A stretch of 64,000 bases of DNA, taken from NCBI GenBank assembly GCA_964016885.1, contig OZ024742.1, forward strand, positions 340,752,001 to 340,816,000. The letters are read 5' to 3'. Shown here one piece after another: positions 56,805-64,000 of the stretch; position 1 is the first letter of the stretch; the number at the start of each line of letters is the position of its first letter. Under the pieces are notes generated by a model, which ran no database searches, was not told the DNA's origin, and was given only the letters and a program-made list of their open reading frames with translations. This DNA is from Eledone cirrhosa. Lineage: Eukaryota. The translations under genes were made by a program, and so were the position numbers.

Positions 56805-59800
56805 CACCACCAGTGTCATACCTCCACCACCACCACCAGTTTCCTACCACCGCCCACCACCTGTATCCTACCCCCCACACCAGTGTCCTACCCCCACCAG
56901 CACCACCACCAGTGTCCTACCACCACCAGTGTCCTACCACCACCAGTGTCCTACCACCACCACCACCAGTGTCCTACCACCACCACCACCAGTCTCCTAC
57001 CTTCACCACCACGTGTATCCTACTACCACCACCACCACCAGTCTCCTACCCACCACCACCAGTGTCCTACCCCCACCACCACCACCAGTGTCCTACCACC
57101 ACCACCACCACCACCACTACCATGTCCTAACTCCACCACCACCACCACCACCACCACCACCAGTGTCCTACCACCACCATCACCACCACCAGTGTTCTAC
57201 CACCACCACCAGTGTTCTACCACCACCACCAGTGTCCTACCACCACCACAACCACCACCAGTGTCGTACCACCACCACTACCATGTCCTAACTCCACCAC
57301 CACCACCTCCACCACCACCACCAGTGTCCTACCTCCACCACCATCACCAGTGTCATACCTCCACCACCACCAGTGTCCTACCCACCACCACCACCACCAA
57401 CCACCACCAGTGTCCTACCTCCACCACCACCACCACCAGTGTCCTCCTACCACCACCACCACCAGTGTCCTACCTCCACCACCACCACCACCAGTGTCCT
57501 ACCTCCACCTCCACCACCACCACCACCACTACCGATATCCTACCTCCACCTCCACCACCACCACCAGTGTCCTACCTCCACCACTACCACCACCACCAGT
57601 GTCCTACCTCCACCTCCACCACCACCACCAGTGTCCTACCTCCACCACCACCACCGATGTCCTACCTCCACCTCCACCACCACCACCAGTGTCCTACCTC
57701 CACCACCACCACCACCACCAGTGTCCTACCTCCACCTCCACCACCACCACCAGTGTCCTACCTCCACTACTACCACCACCACCAGTGTCCTACCTCCACC
57801 TCCACCACCACCACCAGTGTCCTACCTCCACCACCACCACCGATGTCCTACCTCCACCTCCACCACCACCACCAGTGTCCTACCTCCACCACTACCACCA
57901 CCACCAGTGTCCTACCTCCACCTCCACCACCACCACCAGTGTCCTACCTCCACCACCACCACCGATGTCCTACCTCCACCTCCACCACCACCACCAGTGT
58001 CCTACCTCCACCTCCACCACCACCACCAGTGTCCTACCTCCACCACCACCACCACCAGTGTCCTACCACCACCACCACCACCGGTGTCCTACCTCCACCA
58101 CCACCACCGATGTCCTACCTCCACCTTCCACCACCACCACCAGTGTCCTACCTCCACCACCACCCCCACCACCAGTGTCCTACCTCCACCTCCACCTCCA
58201 CCACCAGTGTCCTACCTCCACCTCCACCTCCACCACCAGTGTCCTACCTCCACCACCACCACCAGTGTCCTACCACCACCACCACCACCACCAGTGTCCT
58301 ACCTCCACCACCACCACCACCACCAGTGTCCTACCTCCACCTCCACCTCCACCACCAGTGTCCTACCTCCACCACCACCACCAGTGTCCTACCACCACCA
58401 CCAGTGTCCTACCTCCACCACCACCACCGATGTCCTACCTCCACCTCCACCACCACCACCAGTGTCCTACCTCCACCTCCACCACCACCACCAGTGTCCT
58501 ACCTCCACCACCACCACCACCACCAGTGTCCTACCTCCACCACTACCACCACCACCGATGTCCTACCTCCACCTCCACCACCACCAGTGTCCTACCTCCA
58601 CCTCCACCACCACCACCAGTGTCCTACCTCCACCACCACCACCAGTGTCCTACCACCACCACCACCACCAGTGTCCTACCTCCACCACCACCACCACCAC
58701 CAGTGTCCTACCCACCACCACCACCACCACCAGTGTCCTACCTCCACCTCCACCACCACTACCAGTGTCCTACCTCCACCTCCACCACCACCAGTGTCCT
58801 ACCTCCACCTCCACCACCAGTGTCCTACCCACCACCACCACCAGTGTCCTACCTCCACCACCACCACCACCACCAGTGTCCTACCCACCACCACCACCAC
58901 CAGTGTCCTACCTCCACCTCCACCACCACTACCAGTGTCCTACCTCCACCTCCACCACCACCAGTGTCCTACCTCCACCACCACCACCAGTGTCCTACCC
59001 ACCACCACCACCACCACCAGTGTCCTACCTCCACCTCCACCACCACTACCAGTGTCCTACCTCCACCTCCACCACCACCAGTGTCCTACCTCGACCACCA
59101 CCACCAGTGTCCTACCCACCACCACCACCACCACCAGTGTCCTACCTCCGACTCCACCACCACTACCAGTGTCCTACCTCCACCTCCACCACCAGTGTCC
59201 TACCTCCAGCTCCACCACCACCAGTGTCCTACCTCCACCACCACCACCACCACCACCACCAGTGTCCTACCACCACCACCACCAGTGTCCTACCTCCACC
59301 ACCACCACCACCACCACCAGTGTCCTACCTCGACCTCCACCACCACCAGTGTCCTACCTCCACCTCCACCACCACCACCAGTGTCCTACCTCCACCTCCA
59401 CCACCACTACCAGTGTCCTACCTCCACCTCCACCACCACCACCAGTGTCCTACCTCCACCTCCACCACCACCACCAGTGTCCTACCTCCACCTCCACCAC
59501 CACTACCAGTGTCCTACCTCCACCACCACCACCAGTGTCCTACCACCACCACCAGTGTCCTACCACCACCACCACCACCACCAGTGTCCTACCTCCACCT
59601 CCACCACCACCACCAGTGTCCTACCTCCACCACCACCACCACCACCAGTGTCCTACCACCACCACCAGTGTCCTACCACCACCACCACCACCACCACCTG
59701 TGTCCTACCACCACCACCACCACTACGAGTGTCCTACCACCACCTCCACCAACACCACCAGTGTCCTACCACCACCACCACCACCAGTGTCCTACCACCA

Positions 59801-61020
59801 CCACCACCACCACCAGTGTCCTACCTCCACCTCCACCACCACCACCAGTGTCCTACCTCCACCACCACCACCACTACCAGTGTCCTACCTCCACCTCCAC
59901 CACCACCACCAGTGTCCTACCTCCACCTCCACCACCACCACCAGTGTCCTACCTCCACCACCACCACCACTACCAGTGTCCTACCTCCACCTCCACCACC
60001 ACCACCAGTGTCCTACCTCCACCTCCACCACCACTACCAGTGTCCTACCTCCACCACCACCACCAGTGTCCTACCACCACCACCAGTGTCCTACCACCAC
60101 CACCACCACCACCAGTGTCCTACCTCCACCTCCACCACCACCACCAGTGTCCTACCTCCACCACCACCACCACCACCAGTGTCCTACCACCACCACCAGT
60201 GTCCTACCACCACCACCACCACCACCACCTGTGTCCTACCACCACCACCACCACTACGAGTGTCCTACCACCACCTCCACCAACACCACCAGTGTCCTAC
60301 CACCACCACCACCACCAGTGTCCTACCACCACCACCACCACCACCAGTGTCCTACCTCCACCTCCACCACCACCACCAGTGTCCTACCTCCACCACCACC
60401 ACCACTACCAGTGTCCTACCTCCACCTCCACCACCACCACCAGTGTCCTACCTCCACCACCACCACCACTACCAGTGTCCTACCTCCACCACCACCACCA
60501 CTACCAGTGTCCTACCTCCACCACCACCACCACTACCAGTGTCCTACCTCCACCACCACCACCACTACCAGTGTCCTACCTCCACCACCACCACCACTAC
60601 CAGTGTCCTACCACCACCTCCACCAACACCACCAGTGTCCTACCACCACCACCACCACCAGTGTCCTACCACCACCACCACCACCAGTGTCCTACCACCA
60701 CCACCACCACCACTACCAGTGTCCTACCTCCACCTCCACCACCACTACCAGTGTCCTACCTCCACCTCCACCACCACTACCAGTGTCCTACCTCCACCAC
60801 CACCACCACTACCAGTGTCCTACCTCCACCACCACCACCACTACCAGTGTCCTACCACCACCTCCACAAACACCACCAGTGTCCTACCACCACCACCACC
60901 ACCAGTGTCCTACCTCCACCACCACCACCACCACCAGTGTCCTACCACCACCACCACCACCACTACCAGTGTCCTACCTCCACCTCCACCACCACTACCA
61001 GTGTCCTACCTCCACCACCC
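56805..61020. repeat. 4.2-kb minisatellite: CAGTGTCCTA + (CCA/CCT)n
   Basis: Constant 10-mer separated by variable triplet runs; 531-bp higher-order duplication (marker cctgtgtcc...ctacgag...caacac at 59698 and 60229). Confidence 0.97.
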
Positions 61021-62332
61021 AGCCCTTAACTGCTCTCTCACAGCATTTTAGTATTTTTATAACTACAACTCTTCATATTCTTATAGAGGTTTCATTAGGT
61101 GTTCTGCCGTTATTGGTAGATCCTTATCATGTTCATTATGTAACCTATGATACAAGACTTGACTATAATGGGGTCGATATGTACCCAAGCCCAACTGTTG
61201 GGGTCATAGAATGTTCTTTAAGTGTTCTATATCTGCTAGTGTTCCTGGTGTATTCACTAAGAAATATACGTCCCACGGAATGGTTGTCTGAATGGTGATC
61301 ATGTGATCCATGTCCCTCGATATGACCTGACATATTTTCAATGGCCTACATCCCTCGACATGGACCTAGCTGGTTTACTAAATGATCCACCTATACTGGG
61401 CTCCTGTTAAAGGGTTCATTAATTAAACTTACTTCATAATCAAGGCCTTGGAAAATTCATTAAGTGTCCTCCATGTGTTGGAATGACTGGAGCATTCATT
61501 ATGAGACATATTTCCTCAGGGGTGAAAGTAAGGGTTTTTTGTTTATTTCCCCACTTTGTTGTGGCAGTAGAATATTAATTATGTAACACATACCTTCTGG
61601 TGTATCAGTAGATGGTTAATTATGTGATGTAGTTAAAGAGGATATATTGAATGATCCATGTCTCTCAAACGAAATATAGAATGTAAAATGATTGACTATA
61701 TTCACTATGTTGTAGGGGGTCTATTAAGGGTCTTAGGCTCTCCAGAGAAGTCCTTAAATGTCCTACATCGTCCAGGGGTCCATTATGTGTCTTGCGTTCT
61801 CCAGCGGTCTTATTGTCTTGTGTCTCCCAGAGTGTTCGTTGTGAGTCTTACGCCTAGATAATCCATTAGGCGTTTTATGTCCTCCAGAGAACCCATTAAG
61901 AGGTTATGTCCACCAAGAAGTACATTAAGTGTCATGCGTTCCCCAACATCGCAGTAGAATGTCTATTAAGTGGCATTTGTCATTCGGTGGGGCTATAGCT
62001 AATTCATTATATCACTTTGTCTCGGCATAACATCGTTGTACAACCCTCAGCGTATATGATTCATTAGATGGTCTAAGTAACTCGGCATGGCCATAGAGGG
62101 GATATTATGCGTTCTTAGCCTCGTACTGTGACCGTAGATGTTTTATTGTGTGTCCTATCATACTTATCGGGATCGTAGAGATTTCATTAAATGTCCTACG
62201 TTCTCCGACGTCTGTGGATGGTTTCTTATAACTCTTACCTTCGTCAATGAGAACTGAAATCCTTCATGGTGGCATGCTTCAACGGGAGAGACCATAGTTT
62301 ATTCACTAAGTACCCTACATACCAGTGAAGGA

Positions 62333-62683
62333 GTGGACGACATGTTGCGTGGCTATGTAATACACTCCTTAGACGCTAGATTAACTCCTCCAAGTCATTA
62401 CTCCGATGTCTCTATTCTTGGGTACTTAACTCTCTCCAAATCGACACTAGAGTGCCTGGGCGCCAAACGATTTGACCTGGTAAGAATGACTGACAAATTG
62501 CGCCTCAACGACAGCTATTCTCCGTTCAGCCTCCTAAAGATCTGCTTAGCTTTCCCCAAACTTCATTGTAACAGTACAGTGTGTCATGTCATCCTTAAAC
62601 ATGACGCCTCAGCAAATTTGCCACAACCATCTTCTGCAAAATCGGGAGGCGGTCATCCCACCTGGGAAAGAACCCTCATGTGA
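62333..62683 (+). pseudogene. Possible CRE-clade non-LTR retrotransposon remnant (post-RT region)
   Basis: SILGY..LECLGAK..DLVRMTDKLRLND...FSLLKICLAFPKL resembles the LG.P...K...L..M..RL..LD.H....LL..C...PKL pattern as I recall it; no catalytic motif visible. Confidence 0.5.
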
Positions 62684-63214
62684 TGGAACAGTTGATACAG
62701 TGGGTGTCAACGGCTGTTTTTTCCGTGACAATGCATTCTTTTTCTTGTCCGCGAAGCGAAGCTGAGATGTACCGTAGCCAAAGGTATAGAGTTTGCCCTT
62801 TTCAATTAAAAAAAAAATTTTGTATTCCTTTTTTTTTTTTCTTTTCAAGTCATATATATGTCTTTAGGAAAATAACCCCGTTTAAAAACATGCACACACG
62901 CACAAACAGTTAGTAGTCTAAGGGAGACAATTATAATTGTAAAAATACTTCTTTACTCATAAAGCAGTTCTTTCCCTTAGATGCATCACTCGTGCTTATA
63001 GATACACATACACACACACATACAGTATATATATTTAACCTCAACGTGTTGAGCACACCGACCTTTCTTTTCCTTTCTTTCTACACAAATACACGCACAC
63101 GGATGCACATGGATGCACACGGATGCACATGCATGCACATCGTAATGTCATTACAACCTCCGAATATTAATCGATGCGGTAGAAACAAGAGATAATATAC
63201 CGCCAATATTTTTT

Positions 63215-63570
63215 AAAAGAACATGCTAGAAACAACAGCTAATGATCCACCATCGTGATTAGCTGCTGTCCTTCATTTTTGAAATATTACAGTTTTTTTA
63301 AACATTCTAGTTCCTATACTTGAATGACATTCACTTTTTAAAGCTGGCAGGGACTTTAGCTATTGTTTCTAGCATGTCCTTCAGATTTTTAATGCTGACA
63401 GGGTCTACTGTATCCTTCAGTTGTTTTTTGTGAAGATATCTAAGGACATTAGCTGATGTTTCTACTATTTGTTTAAAACCTGTACGACATCAACTGCTAT
63501 TCCTCGTATGTCCTTTGTTTTTTAATCATTCTTTGGAGTTTAGCTACTGTTTCTGGTATGTCATTCTTTT
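63215..63570. repeat. Degenerate repeat built on gctagaaacaacagctaa units in both orientations
   Basis: Forward at about 63225; reverse at about 63357, 63449 and 63540. Confidence 0.6.
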
Positions 63571-63599
63571 TTTAAAATTCTGTTAGGGAAATTTGCTGC

Positions 63600-64000
63600 T
63601 CTTTCTAGCATGTCGTGAGTGAGGTTCGCCTGGCAAGCGGAGGTCCATGGTGGAACATGGTGCAGGCTGAAGAGGAAATTTCAGGAAAAGCTGGAAGCAA
63701 AGCTCAACACTATTGTAGCTCCCAACGATGAACCAGAGACTTATTGGGACGTGGTGGATTTCTCTACAAGAAAGAACAAAGACTGGTTCGATGAAAATGA
63801 TAATGAGATTCAAAAGCTCATTGATGAGAAACGCTCTGCACACCAAGGAGTGCTGTCAAATCCAAATAGCCAGTCAGCAAGGTTGACATACAGGAAACCT
63901 GCAGCACCCTACAGTGGGAGCTCAGCGAGATGCAGAATAACTGCTGGACAAAACAGGCCAAGAGAATACAGAATTATGTGGATACTGGCAAAATCAGAAC
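63600..64000 (+). pseudogene. RTE (BovB-like) LINE fragment, EN-RT linker, running off the window
   Basis: FSTRKNKDWFDENDNEIQKLIDEKRSAHQ ... ELSEMQNNCWTKQAKRIQNYVDTG with frameshifts. Confidence 0.8.

Noticed and set aside
56805-61020. Constant repeat with variable spacers, superficially CRISPR-like
   Set aside because: The spacers are just (CCA/CCT)n, the repeat is only 10 bp, there are no cas genes and the context is eukaryotic.
56558-61298. 1200-1500 aa Pro/Thr/His-rich ORFs resembling extensins or mucins
   Set aside because: All three frames are open only because the repeat unit has no stop on this strand; there is no frame preservation and no convincing signal peptide or unique domain.

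Overview
Repeat-saturated, AT-rich animal intergenic or intronic DNA. I found no host protein-coding gene, rRNA, tRNA gene or CRISPR array. The SINE and MITE sequences resemble abundant octopod (cephalopod) repeats; this is from recall and not verified. Most long ORFs in the track come from (TA)n, (CA)n, (GTA)n or (CCA)n repeats. The real coding remnants are all transposon-derived: R4/Dong LINEs in (TAA)n, Tx1-clade LINEs in (TATC)n, a Penelope-like element (RT + GIY-YIG) as a 4.5-kb inverted duplication, a CR1-group LINE, RTE and CRE-like fragments and a Helitron remnant. The most notable feature is non-coding. (1) A 310-bp head-to-tail repeat (46262-46958) carries a complete minimal type I hammerhead ribozyme clamped by a 16-bp helix in each unit, so it is a candidate retrozyme or circular-RNA replicon. 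(2) About a dozen fold-back mini-elements from several hammerhead-bearing Penelope pLTR families sit mostly in (TA)n and are all joined 5'-to-5' with tails pointing outward.
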